In this document: piece after piece, positions 28,560-38,229 of the stretch | Numbering within the stretch: the first letter of the stretch is position 1 | Layout: every line of letters begins with the position of its first letter | Source: a virus | Taxonomy: Duplodnaviria > Caudoviricetes | IMG/VR virus record: IMGVR_UViG_3300030333_005911 | Coordinates: 1-53,976 of that record | Direction: 5' to 3' (one strand) | DNA length: 53,976 nucleotides | Position numbers and translations under genes: made by a program | Notes under the pieces: model-generated | Seen by the model: the letters and a program-made list of their open reading frames with translations, nothing else | The model's database searches: none | Told to the model about the DNA's origin: nothing

Positions 28560-29681
28560 ATGCCAGATCATGATCAAACAACTGACGACCAGAAAACTGA
28601 AGAAGAGGAAGAGCAAGAAACTTTTCCTATATATAGTTTAGAAAGTCAAACACCAGACTTTGATATGAAAAATTTACAATTTTCATATGGCACTTATGTT
28701 CTGCCAATGTTTGAGTGGGTTAAAAAAGTACAAACTGGTGAAAAAGCATATGATAAAAAAGATCCTATGGATGAAGAAATGATGGATAGATACGAAAAGT
28801 ATATCGATCAATATGGTCAGCCAGAAGGCATGATGTCACCTAGTGAACTAATATCAGCAAATGCTAGTTTTTTAGGTGGGTCAATAGGTGCTCCAGTTGG
28901 TGCTGCAATTGGTGCAAGTATGTTTGGTGAAGGTGTTACAGGAACAGATGCATTTAGATCCATTTTACCTTTCGGAAAAAAAGGTGCTTTAAATTTTGCA
29001 CCAGATCAAATGTTTGATCCAAAAACTGGTAAAGAAGTTTTTGCTAAAGGTGGTGTATTCCCAGAAGGAGCAAGACCAGGAGCAAATATTTTACAACAAG
29101 AAGGTGTAGGAGTGGGAGATATTTTTACTGACAAAACACAAATAGCTAGGGCAGGTGGTGCAGCTGTAGGCAACTTTGCTTTACAATTAGTTGCAGGTGA
29201 AGATCCTGCCAGTGCTGCAAGAAAAGCAGGAGCAAGTGCTCTCGCATCTCATACTGCCAGAGCTATTTTTACACCAGTTTTAGGTCCAGTTGGTGGAGCA
29301 ATTGCAGGATTTGTTGGTGGAGCATTAGGTGGCAGAGTTATATGTAACGAATTGCATAAACAAGGATTATTGACCAAAGAACAAGTTCTTATGGATTATA
29401 AATTTACAAGAGATTATTTAACACCAACACATGTTAATGGATATCATCTCTGGGCAGTTTGGGTTGTTAAACAAATGCGCAAAGGTAGGATGGTAAAATT
29501 TTGGAAACATATTGCAACACATAGAGCAAATGAAATCGCTTATATATATGGTAAAAGAGAAAAGCCAGATTATTTAGGCAAAATATATCGTCGTATCGGA
29601 GAGCCTGTCTGTTGGCTTTTAGGTACTTTTAAGAAATCAACAGACTGGTCTGTACTTTATAAGGAGAAAAATAATGGCTGA
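28560..29681 (+). CDS. Putative internal virion protein with Gly-zipper and C-terminal VIC..L/GYH.W domain
   Basis: GGAIAGFVGGALGG then VICNELHKQG...GYHLWA. Confidence 0.55.
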   Translation: MPDHDQTTDDQKTEEEEEQETFPIYSLESQTPDFDMKNLQFSYGTYVLPMFEWVKKVQTGEKAYDKKDPMDEEMMDRYEKYIDQYGQPEGMMSPSELISANASFLGGSIGAPVGAAIGASMFGEGVTGTDAFRSILPFGKKGALNFAPDQMFDPKTGKEVFAKGGVFPEGARPGANILQQEGVGVGDIFTDKTQIARAGGAAVGNFALQLVAGEDPASAARKAGASALASHTARAIFTPVLGPVGGAIAGFVGGALGGRVICNELHKQGLLTKEQVLMDYKFTRDYLTPTHVNGYHLWAVWVVKQMRKGRMVKFWKHIATHRANEIAYIYGKREKPDYLGKIYRRIGEPVCWLLGTFKKSTDWSVLYKEKNNG

Positions 29682-29997
29682 AATGATGGAAAAAGGTGCT
29701 ATGGCTAATATGCCAGATAGACAAATGCCTGAAAGAGAAATGCAAGCTAATAATATGCCTGAAGAAGCAAAAGCAAGATTAATGCAACCTTCAGACGAAA
29801 TATCTGCAGTTTTAATGTCTAGACTTACAAACATGTCACCTGAAGAATTAAGGTCGCTAGATTCTGCAATTACTCCAGAAGTTGCTAGAGTATTAATGAA
29901 ATTACTTCCTGAATTAAGAAGGTTAATAGAGCAAGTTGCAGGTCAAAGTCAACAAATGCCTAGAGAGCAAATGGGTGCATTAGGTGGAATGAGGTAA
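29674..29997 (+). CDS. Met-rich hypothetical protein
   Basis: AAGGAG RBS; 107 aa helical. Confidence 0.7.
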   Translation: MAEMMEKGAMANMPDRQMPEREMQANNMPEEAKARLMQPSDEISAVLMSRLTNMSPEELRSLDSAITPEVARVLMKLLPELRRLIEQVAGQSQQMPREQMGALGGMR

Positions 29998-30000
29998 GAA

Positions 30001-31107
30001 ATGTCAATATTCGATCCACAATTTACAACTTTACCGAGTTATAATGAAACTGTAACTGGAACAGAGATACCATCATGGATGTCTGATGCTGGTCAACAGA
30101 TTGTTGAACAAGGCATGAATCTTATAGAAAGCGATTTGAAGCCAGAAGCTGCTCCTCCTAGAAATATAGCTTATGATGTAATTGAAGGTGGTTCAGGAGC
30201 AGCAAGAATAGTTGATCCTGTTACTGGCAATATAATCGGTTCTAAAATGTCACCTGCTGAACAAGAAGCTTATAAAATCTTGATGGACACTAAAGGTGAT
30301 TATTCAACTTTGATGGGTCAAATTACTGATGCTGATGGTTTGTTAACTGGTTTAGGTAAAGGATATGCACCAGGAATGGAAGCTGATGCATTAGAAGCAG
30401 GTATGACAACTGATGCGTTTTTAAGAGATTATTTAGAAGGTGATGCTTTTAGTGAAGCTGATTTAACACCTTATCTAGACACTTATACAGCTGCAATGGA
30501 TCCAGCAATAAGACAAATACAAGAACAGACTGCATTAGGTCAGCAAGCAGCAAGAGATAAAGCAGCAAGGGCAGGTGCATTCGGTGGATCAAGATTAGGT
30601 TTAATGGAAGCAACTTTAGGTTCAGAAGGAATACAATCAGAAGCTGATTTATTAGCTAAAGCAGGTGCTGATGCATTAGGTTTTGCTGCAGGCAGATTTG
30701 ATAAAGACAGGCAAGCAAGATTTGATGCAGATGCTGCATTAAGATCAGCATATGAAACTGACGAAGCATCTAGATTAAAAAGAATACAAGCTATACAAGA
30801 TGCAGCAACAACTCAAGAAAATTTAAAAAATGCAGTTGCACAAGGTTTAATAACAGTAGGTGAAGCAGAAAGAGCATTAGACCAAAGAGGTGTGGATCAA
30901 GCATATCAAGACTATTTAGACCAAAGAGCACAGCCTATGGAAGATTTAAATTATATTTTAGGTCTGTTGCAAGGAGTCCCTTATGACACAAGAGGTTTTA
31001 CTCAAGGTTATTCAACAACTCAAACACCTGTTCCTAGTGTTTATGCACAAACTTTATCTGCTTTAGGAGGTCTAGGAAGTGCCTATGCATTATCTCAAAG
31101 AAGGTAA
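30001..31107 (+). CDS. Putative DNA ejection/pilot protein
   Basis: GAFGGSR motif, A/Q-rich helices, C-terminal Gly-rich hydrophobic tail. Confidence 0.65.
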   Translation: MSIFDPQFTTLPSYNETVTGTEIPSWMSDAGQQIVEQGMNLIESDLKPEAAPPRNIAYDVIEGGSGAARIVDPVTGNIIGSKMSPAEQEAYKILMDTKGDYSTLMGQITDADGLLTGLGKGYAPGMEADALEAGMTTDAFLRDYLEGDAFSEADLTPYLDTYTAAMDPAIRQIQEQTALGQQAARDKAARAGAFGGSRLGLMEATLGSEGIQSEADLLAKAGADALGFAAGRFDKDRQARFDADAALRSAYETDEASRLKRIQAIQDAATTQENLKNAVAQGLITVGEAERALDQRGVDQAYQDYLDQRAQPMEDLNYILGLLQGVPYDTRGFTQGYSTTQTPVPSVYAQTLSALGGLGSAYALSQRR

Positions 31108-31110
31108 TAA

Positions 31111-32793
31111 ATGAAAAATGAAAATACAGATGCTATATTTTCTATCCTTGATAGCCAGCCATGGACTGATCAGGCTAAAGCTGCAATTATGGGAACTATT
31201 TTTGCAGAGTCTGGATTTAATCCTGGAATTGAAAATGAAGAAGAAGGTGCTTGGGGATTATTTCAATATAGGAATGTTCCTCAGGGGAGAGGAATGTCTG
31301 CTCCTGATCCTAGAAAAAATAAATTATTTAGTTTTTTGGATTCGGAAGGTTTAGGAAGAAATTCAGCAGATGGTCAATTAGCATATTTTTTAAAAGATGT
31401 AAAAGAAAATTATCCTGAGGTTTATGAGGTTTTAACAGATAGAGATGCAACAATAGATGAAGCAACAGCAGCAATTACAAATAATTATATTTTCCCAGCA
31501 CAAAGTGTTAGAAGTCAAAGATATGGTCATGCTAGAAGATATGCAAGCTTATATGGTTTAGATTTTGGACCAGATTCGAATGTTGAGATACAAGGAGATA
31601 ATAATATGGTAGAAACTAATTTTGATAATTTACCTAAAGTAGATGATCCAACTTTAGATCCTATCGCATCACAAGCAATAAGAATAGCTGACCAGCTTAC
31701 TCCAGAATTTGACCCTGCTTTAGCAAGTCTTTTGTTTTTTACAGGAATGGGAAGAGCTGCAAACCAACCAGGATCTACACTTATAGGTTCTATCTCAGAA
31801 GGTTTAATGGATCCAGTCAAATATTTATTAGAGAATAAAAGAGCAAAACAAAATGCTGCAATAGATTGGGCAAAAGCTTTAAAAACATCTAAAGCAGGAG
31901 GATCACAAACAGAAAGGCTTATGAGTTATTTAACAGAGATAAGTCCAAAAATTAAAGCTGGCACTGCAAGTCCAGGAGAAATAGCTACATATTCTGCTTA
32001 TTGGCAAAAACTTACTGCTACAAAAACAGTTCCTATCAGCGGACCAGATGGTGTTATTAGAAATACTAAAATTCCTGGAATTAATTTATTTGAAACAGGA
32101 TTAGAAATTCCATCTAATGTTACTGAGAATGAAATTATAGATGAAAATAAAAAAGAGTATAAACCAGCACAAACAAAAGCTGCAGGTTTTTTCAATAGAA
32201 TGATGATTAATGAAGGAATTTTAAGAAATTTAGAAGCTGATGGTTATAGATTAAATTTAAGAGATTTGGCTGCTGATAAAGTTGGTTTTGGAAATATTGG
32301 TGTTACTTCAGAAGGTCAACAATTTTATTCTGCATCTAGAAATTGGATTGCTGCAATTTTAAGATTAGAATCTGGTGCTGCAATTAGCTCACAAGAATAT
32401 GCTGATGGTTTAGATCAATATTTTCCAAAAATAGGAGATAGTGAGCAAACTATAAAAAACAAAAGAATTTTAAGAGCACAAGTTATGGAAGACATGCTAA
32501 GAGGTGCAGGAGAAGCATATCCTGGACTTTTTGGTTCTAACTTACCTTATGTTTATGAAGATGGAGATGTAAATAAAGGATTAAAATTAGATGCTCAAGG
32601 TTTTTATAATTTCAAAAGAGGACAAAATGATATAGGTGATATTACTTTCGAAGAATTTAAAGAAAATTTAACATCTTATACTGTGAACGATTTAAAGTCT
32701 TTATTATCTAATCCTAATGCTTCTAATTTATACTCGATAGACCAATTAAAAGCTATAGGTGAAGAGTTGAAAAGAAGAGGTGCTGAGCAATGA
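31111..32793 (+). CDS. Ejection protein with N-terminal phage tail lysozyme domain
   Basis: AAIMG.I..ESGFNP, GAWGLFQY, R...A motifs; C-terminal ESGAAIS motif. Confidence 0.7.
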   Translation: MKNENTDAIFSILDSQPWTDQAKAAIMGTIFAESGFNPGIENEEEGAWGLFQYRNVPQGRGMSAPDPRKNKLFSFLDSEGLGRNSADGQLAYFLKDVKENYPEVYEVLTDRDATIDEATAAITNNYIFPAQSVRSQRYGHARRYASLYGLDFGPDSNVEIQGDNNMVETNFDNLPKVDDPTLDPIASQAIRIADQLTPEFDPALASLLFFTGMGRAANQPGSTLIGSISEGLMDPVKYLLENKRAKQNAAIDWAKALKTSKAGGSQTERLMSYLTEISPKIKAGTASPGEIATYSAYWQKLTATKTVPISGPDGVIRNTKIPGINLFETGLEIPSNVTENEIIDENKKEYKPAQTKAAGFFNRMMINEGILRNLEADGYRLNLRDLAADKVGFGNIGVTSEGQQFYSASRNWIAAILRLESGAAISSQEYADGLDQYFPKIGDSEQTIKNKRILRAQVMEDMLRGAGEAYPGLFGSNLPYVYEDGDVNKGLKLDAQGFYNFKRGQNDIGDITFEEFKENLTSYTVNDLKSLLSNPNASNLYSIDQLKAIGEELKRRGAEQ

Positions 32794-34802
32794 GCGAAGA
32801 AGAAGAAAAACAAAAATTATTAGACCAATTACGAAAAGATAATAACATTGCAATAAATGAAGATGTTGATCCAGAATCAGGATTAACAATGGCTGATAGA
32901 GGTCGTTTATCAGCACAAGGTTTATTGTTTAATTTTTCTGATGAAATTATTGCAGGAATAAAAGCATTAAGTCCTAATGTAACTTATGAAGAAGCAATAA
33001 AAGATGAAAGAAAAGAACTAGAAGAAGCCAGAGCAAAAAAGGGAAGTTTAAAATATGAATTAGGTGGTGCTGCACTTCCAGCAGTTGCATCAGTTGCTCT
33101 TGCTCCTTTTACTGGAGGTGCAAGTTTAGTTGGTTTAAAACCGACTGTGGGAAGATTAGCTGGGCAAGGTGCTGTTATGAGTGGTCTTTATGCTGCAGGT
33201 GGTGCTGAAGGAGATGTAGGAGAAAGATTAAAACAAACCCCAGTTGCAGCTATAACTGGTGCTATTACTAATCCTTTATTTAATAAACTTGGTCAGGCTG
33301 GTGCTGCATTAATTTCACCATATTTTGATAAAGCAAGAAGATTATTTACTGGAAAAACTGCAGCAAAAGTAGAAGATGAAATTTTAAGGATGATTGATGA
33401 TTCTGGTTTAACTGTGGATGAATTTTTAGAACAAGCTTCTAAAGGCAAAATTTTTCCTGAAATGTCTCCAGAAGCAGCAAAAGTAGTTGGTCAATTTTCA
33501 GTAAAAGGTGGTCCAGGAACTCCAATTATAAGAGAAACTTTAGATGAAAGAAGAGCAAATTTTATTAAAAATGTTTACAGCAGTTTACAAGAAGATCTTG
33601 CACCATCTTCACAAGGTGGAAATATTTTTGCAACTTTTAGTAATAACTCAGCTAAATTAAAAAAGGCTGAAAGTGATGCTTATAAAGAAATATTTGATGC
33701 TACAAAAGACAAATTCCATCCTGAAATAGATAATATAGTTTTAAGTATAGCACAAAAAAGCAGAAATCAAAGAGCAAGAATAAATAATTATATGCAAGAA
33801 AATGGTTTCGATACAATTTTTAAAGTTAATAAAAAAGGTGAATTAGAGTTAAAAAGATCTCTTACTTTGGAAGAAGGTGAAATTGTTAAAAGAGCTTTTA
33901 TGGATGCAAAAAATGCAGCAGACAGATCAGGCAAAGGAAATTTAAAAAACACACTAGGTGGTTATGAAAGTGAAATAAAAAAAGTTTTAGATGATATTTC
34001 ACCTGAATTACAAAATACAAGGAAAAACTGGGCAACTATTTCAAATTCTATAGAAAAATTCAAAGAAGGTCAGAAAATTTTAAGTAAAGATCCAGAAGAA
34101 GTTGCTGTTATGTTTAATGACTTATTAGAATCTGGTGATGAAATGGCAATAGAAGCATTGCGTGCAGGTTTATCAAAAGCATTTAAATTTAAAGGTGCTG
34201 GTAGATCTTCAGCAGGAATGATAAATAAATTAGGTGATTCTGCTAAAGAGGGATTTAATAAAAATGAAAGAGAGATATTAGAAATTCTTTATCCAGGAGA
34301 AAAATTAGATGATATTTTAGAAAAAATAAATCAAGCCAAAAGCACTATATTTGCAGAAAGTAAAATTTTTCAAGGTCCAAAAACTGCTGAAATGTTAGCA
34401 GGATCTGGAAGAGTAGGAACAGTTGGTCAAGATGCAGCAAATATTGCAAGAGTAATTTCTTCAGGTGGAACTGATTTAGGTGCAACTAAAAGTCTTTTGC
34501 AAAGAATGTTTGGAAGTGATGATATACCATTTACAAATGATCAACTGAAAAAAATAGGAGAGTTTGTTGTAGAAACAGATCCTGAAGTTTTAAGAAGAGC
34601 TTTAACAAATGAAACAAATGTTGATGCAGTCTATAGATTATTTTCTAATGCAATACAAATAATTTCATCTACTCAGCCTAGAAGTTTGTTAACAGAAAGA
34701 GCAGTAGAGCCATATTCTGATGCAGGTGCAGGTGCTCTAGATGCAATAATACAAACAATTACTCCCAATACAAAAGAAAAAATCATAAGTTCAGCTAAAT
34801 GA
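32790..34802 (+). CDS. Large internal virion / ejection protein
   Basis: QG.LFNFSDEI motif, Gly/Ala-rich segment, long helical remainder. Confidence 0.6.
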   Translation: MSEEEEKQKLLDQLRKDNNIAINEDVDPESGLTMADRGRLSAQGLLFNFSDEIIAGIKALSPNVTYEEAIKDERKELEEARAKKGSLKYELGGAALPAVASVALAPFTGGASLVGLKPTVGRLAGQGAVMSGLYAAGGAEGDVGERLKQTPVAAITGAITNPLFNKLGQAGAALISPYFDKARRLFTGKTAAKVEDEILRMIDDSGLTVDEFLEQASKGKIFPEMSPEAAKVVGQFSVKGGPGTPIIRETLDERRANFIKNVYSSLQEDLAPSSQGGNIFATFSNNSAKLKKAESDAYKEIFDATKDKFHPEIDNIVLSIAQKSRNQRARINNYMQENGFDTIFKVNKKGELELKRSLTLEEGEIVKRAFMDAKNAADRSGKGNLKNTLGGYESEIKKVLDDISPELQNTRKNWATISNSIEKFKEGQKILSKDPEEVAVMFNDLLESGDEMAIEALRAGLSKAFKFKGAGRSSAGMINKLGDSAKEGFNKNEREILEILYPGEKLDDILEKINQAKSTIFAESKIFQGPKTAEMLAGSGRVGTVGQDAANIARVISSGGTDLGATKSLLQRMFGSDDIPFTNDQLKKIGEFVVETDPEVLRRALTNETNVDAVYRLFSNAIQIISSTQPRSLLTERAVEPYSDAGAGALDAIIQTITPNTKEKIISSAK

Positions 34803-34803
34803 T

Positions 34804-35316
34804 ATGTTTGCAGAAGTTCTTACAGGGATTGCTCTTTTTCAAAAGAGCGTAGATTTTATAAAATCTAATATTAATACTTGTAAAGATATTCGAGAAATAT
34901 CTGCAGAGATTGAAAATTTATTTGAAGCTCAAAGTCAAATAAACAAAAAAAGAAGTAAAAAAGACGGCATGAGCATTGCTGAGCAGTTTGGTGTTAAATC
35001 AGTTGCTTCAGAAGTCATCGATGCAAAATTGGCAGCTGAAAGATTGTATGAAGTTTCTGTTATGGTTGATCAAAGATTTGGTCATGGAACTTGGGCAGGA
35101 ATATTAGCTGAAAGAAAAAAGAGAATAGACGAAGCAAAAGCAGCAGAGAAAAAACGAAGATTAGAAAAAAAGAAGCAGCAAGAAGAAATTATGGAAGTTG
35201 CAGGATATTTCGCTTTAGGTATTTGTATTTTAATTTTAATTTTTAGTGTTTTATTTGCTGTTGTTTCTTTTGCACAAATAGCACAAGCAGGTACAGAATG
35301 GAAGTTAAAGATTTAA
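34804..35316 (+). CDS. Hypothetical membrane protein
   Basis: Coiled coil followed by a C-terminal hydrophobic helix. Confidence 0.65.
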   Translation: MFAEVLTGIALFQKSVDFIKSNINTCKDIREISAEIENLFEAQSQINKKRSKKDGMSIAEQFGVKSVASEVIDAKLAAERLYEVSVMVDQRFGHGTWAGILAERKKRIDEAKAAEKKRRLEKKKQQEEIMEVAGYFALGICILILIFSVLFAVVSFAQIAQAGTEWKLKI

Positions 35317-35390
35317 TATTTATTTTTATGGTTCTTATGGCTTATTATTGGGCTGTTGCATTTCCACCAAAGTGGTTATTTATTAAATAG
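35298..35390 (+). CDS. 30-aa hydrophobic peptide (not in ORF track)
   Basis: MEVKDLIFIFMVLMAYYWAVAFPPKWLFIK fills the gap between two ORFs. Confidence 0.5.
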   Translation: MEVKDLIFIFMVLMAYYWAVAFPPKWLFIK

Positions 35391-35398
35391 GAGGTAAA

Positions 35399-35758
35399 AT
35401 GGTACAGAAAAAATTACAAAAAGGATCTACTTGGGAGGTCGCTGATTTAGATGGGGATGGTGTTATAACTGATGGTGAAATGGCTATGGCTAAAAAGATG
35501 GAAGAACTTGAACATCAAAGAGCTATGCACGAAAATTTAGATAGACAGATGGATCAACAAAGAATGATGGCATGGGTGTCTATGTTATCTTCTATTGTTA
35601 TTATTTTCATTTTACTTACTGACTTTGTTAGCATTATAAGAATGGCACCGATAAGTGGATTTTTAAATACATTTTTAGTCGCTCAAGCAACTATTGTTGT
35701 TGGGTTTATGGGATCTACTGCTTATGTAAAATCAAGGAATGGTAAGAATGGAAGCTAA
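35399..35758 (+). CDS. Two-TM membrane protein with EF-hand-like loop
   Basis: DLDGDGVITDGE plus two hydrophobic helices; AGGAGG RBS. Confidence 0.7.
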   Translation: MVQKKLQKGSTWEVADLDGDGVITDGEMAMAKKMEELEHQRAMHENLDRQMDQQRMMAWVSMLSSIVIIFILLTDFVSIIRMAPISGFLNTFLVAQATIVVGFMGSTAYVKSRNGKNGS

Positions 35759-36142
35759 CTCATCCCAATCTTTGTCCTCCATATTTCCTATTTTATACCA
35801 AGAAGAAATATGAAGTATTTCTTTTAAATTAGGTCTTTTGTAAATAAAATTAGAATGCTCACCTTTTACTAATATTGTATGTGACCTTTGTATTCTTATC
35901 ATTATCCAACTTTTACCACCTCTAGAAACATAGTCTTTTGCCCAGAGAGATTGATTTAGTTTTAGTCCTGTAGAAACACGTTTCTTTGGTAAATAATGAA
36001 TGTATTTTAGTTCTATCCATCCTGTTTTACCATCTTTTATATAAACTATGTCTGGCATGCCTTTCATTACTTTATTTTCTACTCGATACATTTTTATTGG
36101 GAGTTTATTTCTTAACAATATCCAAAAATTTTTTTCACTCAT
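35732..36142 (-). CDS. PD-(D/E)xK nuclease (VRR-NUC / resolvase-like)
   Basis: E..F, GMPDI, WIELK and Q..W motifs; next to SNF2 helicase. Confidence 0.8.
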   Translation of the reverse strand: MSEKNFWILLRNKLPIKMYRVENKVMKGMPDIVYIKDGKTGWIELKYIHYLPKKRVSTGLKLNQSLWAKDYVSRGGKSWIMIRIQRSHTILVKGEHSNFIYKRPNLKEILHISSWYKIGNMEDKDWDELASILTIP

Positions 36143-37832
36143 TATTACTCTCCTGTATAAATAAAGACATTGGATCTTTTGTTATTACATCTGCGATATT
36201 TTTCTTTTCTCTAAGAGCTTGTATAATTTTACTGTCGACAGTTTTTCTAGCTTCTATGTCGATATAAGTAATATTATTTTTTGTTCCTATTCTATGGCAA
36301 CGATCTTCGGATTGCATTCTTTGTTCTAAATCAAAACTATTAGAATAATAAATAGCATAATCAGCAGCAGTTAAAGTTAAACCTGTGCCACCAGATTGTG
36401 GATTACCGATAAAATATTTAATTTTAGGATCATTTTGAAATGCACTTACTGCAGCTTCTCTGTCGTCTGCATTTACTTCTCCATGGTAACTTACAGCTAA
36501 ACTGCCAAGTTCGCTCTCTATGGCTTTTAAATCAGCTTTGAAACGTGCCCATATAATTACTTTAGCATCTATATCACTCAGAATGTCTTTTAAAGCTTGC
36601 ATTCTAGGATTTTTAGCATCAATTGGTTTTATACCTTCTTCACTAGGAAACCAGCCACAAAGTATTTGTTGCATTCTTAATAACCTTGTAACTGCTTCTG
36701 GTGCAGACAATTCTTGACCTTCGAATTCAGCTATAAAAGATTTTTTAATATTATTGTATAATTTTATTTGATTAGCAGTCATCTCAACATAGTATCTTTG
36801 ATAAATTTTATCAGGAAGATCTAAACAATCTTTCTTTAAAACTCTAAAACTGTGACCTTCTATATTTCTTGTTAATTCTTCTAGGTTATTGTAAGAAATT
36901 ACTTGTCTATTTTCAAAACCACCCATAATACAATATCTGGCTCTAAAAGAATAAAAACTGTCATAACCTAGTATTTGAGGATTTAAAAATTTAAATTGTG
37001 CATAAACATCTTCAGCACCTTTAGTGACTGGAGTTCCTGTAAGAATTCTTTTATACTCTGCTGATTTACCAAACTTTGTTATCATTTTAGTTCTTTTTGC
37101 TCCTGGACGTTTAATCCTAGAACTTTCATCTACAACAAGCATAACTCTGCCACTTACTAATATTCTATTGATAAGTTTTACTGCATTAGGACTTACAAAT
37201 GCTTCTACATTGAATGTAAATATTCTTAAATCCATAGAAGCAATAAGAGTATCTTCAAAATTGTCTTTTCTTTTTTGATTCATTCCAGCTGTGTAATAAA
37301 AAGATTTATAAGGACACCAATCTGGTAAATGTGCTTCTATTTCTTTTATCCAGTTTCTATGCACACCATTAGGAGCAATAACAATTAAAGATGTTATTTC
37401 ACCATTTGCATATAAGTATGCAGCATTATCTATAATGACTTTTGTTTTCCCAGTTCCTTGCTCCATTAATAAAGCAAATTCTTTTTTATCTCTACTCATG
37501 TAGAAAGCTTTTCTTTGATGTTCGAAAGGTTTTGTTTTAAATGCATAGTCATCATTAGTTGGCAAAGGTTTTTCTTTAAACTTACGAGTTTCTTCTAAAG
37601 CTTTTAAATTTTCTATGTATTTATTAAGAGCAGGTAATGCATCATCATTCCATTTAGCATTAGGAAAAAATTTATGTATTCTTTCTATATTAGCACCTGT
37701 TGGGTCAAAAAGCAGATCCCGACCAATCCATCTTTTAAATCCTGGAAGAGAGGATAATTTTTCGAAAGTGTCCCCTTCAAGTCTGGATTCAATAATGCAA
37801 TATTTACCGAAATCTGCTCTTCTAATAATCAT
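36135..37832 (-). CDS. SNF2-family helicase
   Basis: MEQGTGKT, VDES, LTGTP, GLTLT, QSEDRCHRIG. Confidence 0.93.
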   Translation of the reverse strand: MIIRRADFGKYCIIESRLEGDTFEKLSSLPGFKRWIGRDLLFDPTGANIERIHKFFPNAKWNDDALPALNKYIENLKALEETRKFKEKPLPTNDDYAFKTKPFEHQRKAFYMSRDKKEFALLMEQGTGKTKVIIDNAAYLYANGEITSLIVIAPNGVHRNWIKEIEAHLPDWCPYKSFYYTAGMNQKRKDNFEDTLIASMDLRIFTFNVEAFVSPNAVKLINRILVSGRVMLVVDESSRIKRPGAKRTKMITKFGKSAEYKRILTGTPVTKGAEDVYAQFKFLNPQILGYDSFYSFRARYCIMGGFENRQVISYNNLEELTRNIEGHSFRVLKKDCLDLPDKIYQRYYVEMTANQIKLYNNIKKSFIAEFEGQELSAPEAVTRLLRMQQILCGWFPSEEGIKPIDAKNPRMQALKDILSDIDAKVIIWARFKADLKAIESELGSLAVSYHGEVNADDREAAVSAFQNDPKIKYFIGNPQSGGTGLTLTAADYAIYYSNSFDLEQRMQSEDRCHRIGTKNNITYIDIEARKTVDSKIIQALREKKNIADVITKDPMSLFIQESNNE

Positions 37833-37834
37833 TT

Positions 37835-38023
37835 TTAATCATCTATAATAAAATCTGCGTTCTTTACGAATGAAGTTTCTTTCCACTTTTGCCAATTTAT
37901 AAAGCTTTTCCAATTTGCATATTCTACAGCATTATTAAACATATATTCAAAGATTGATTCTTTACTTGCTGTATTTTTATTTATGAATCCTCTTGCTAAT
38001 AATTCTTGTGTTATCTTTTTCAT
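37835..38023 (-). CDS. Hypothetical protein
   Basis: 62 aa with AGAAAGGA RBS. Confidence 0.65.
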   Translation of the reverse strand: MKKITQELLARGFINKNTASKESIFEYMFNNAVEYANWKSFINWQKWKETSFVKNADFIIDD

Positions 38024-38025
38024 AA

Positions 38026-38229
38026 TTAATTCCTTTCTAAATTTGTAATCATTTCATCAAAATTACTTGGTCTTTTTAATGGTGGTTTTTCTAAATAAAA
38101 CTCCTCATACTTATATGTTTTAAAACATTTATATCCTTCACCATATATTTTATCAGACCACATCTGACACTCCTGAGGAGTGTCAAAGTGCATAACAGTT
38201 AATAAACTATATAATATAATTTTATTCAT
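38026..38229 (-). CDS. Hypothetical protein with N-terminal hydrophobic segment
   Basis: 67 aa, tightly packed, two Cys. Confidence 0.6.
   Translation of the reverse strand: MNKIILYSLLTVMHFDTPQECQMWSDKIYGEGYKCFKTYKYEEFYLEKPPLKRPSNFDEMITNLERN

Noticed and set aside
494-32195. Short minus-strand and alternate-frame ORFs within the structural module (e.g. 494-703, 4755-5033, 9894-10166, 25897-26271)
   Set aside because: They lie within longer, motif-bearing + strand genes and have no recognisable motifs, so they are shadow ORFs.
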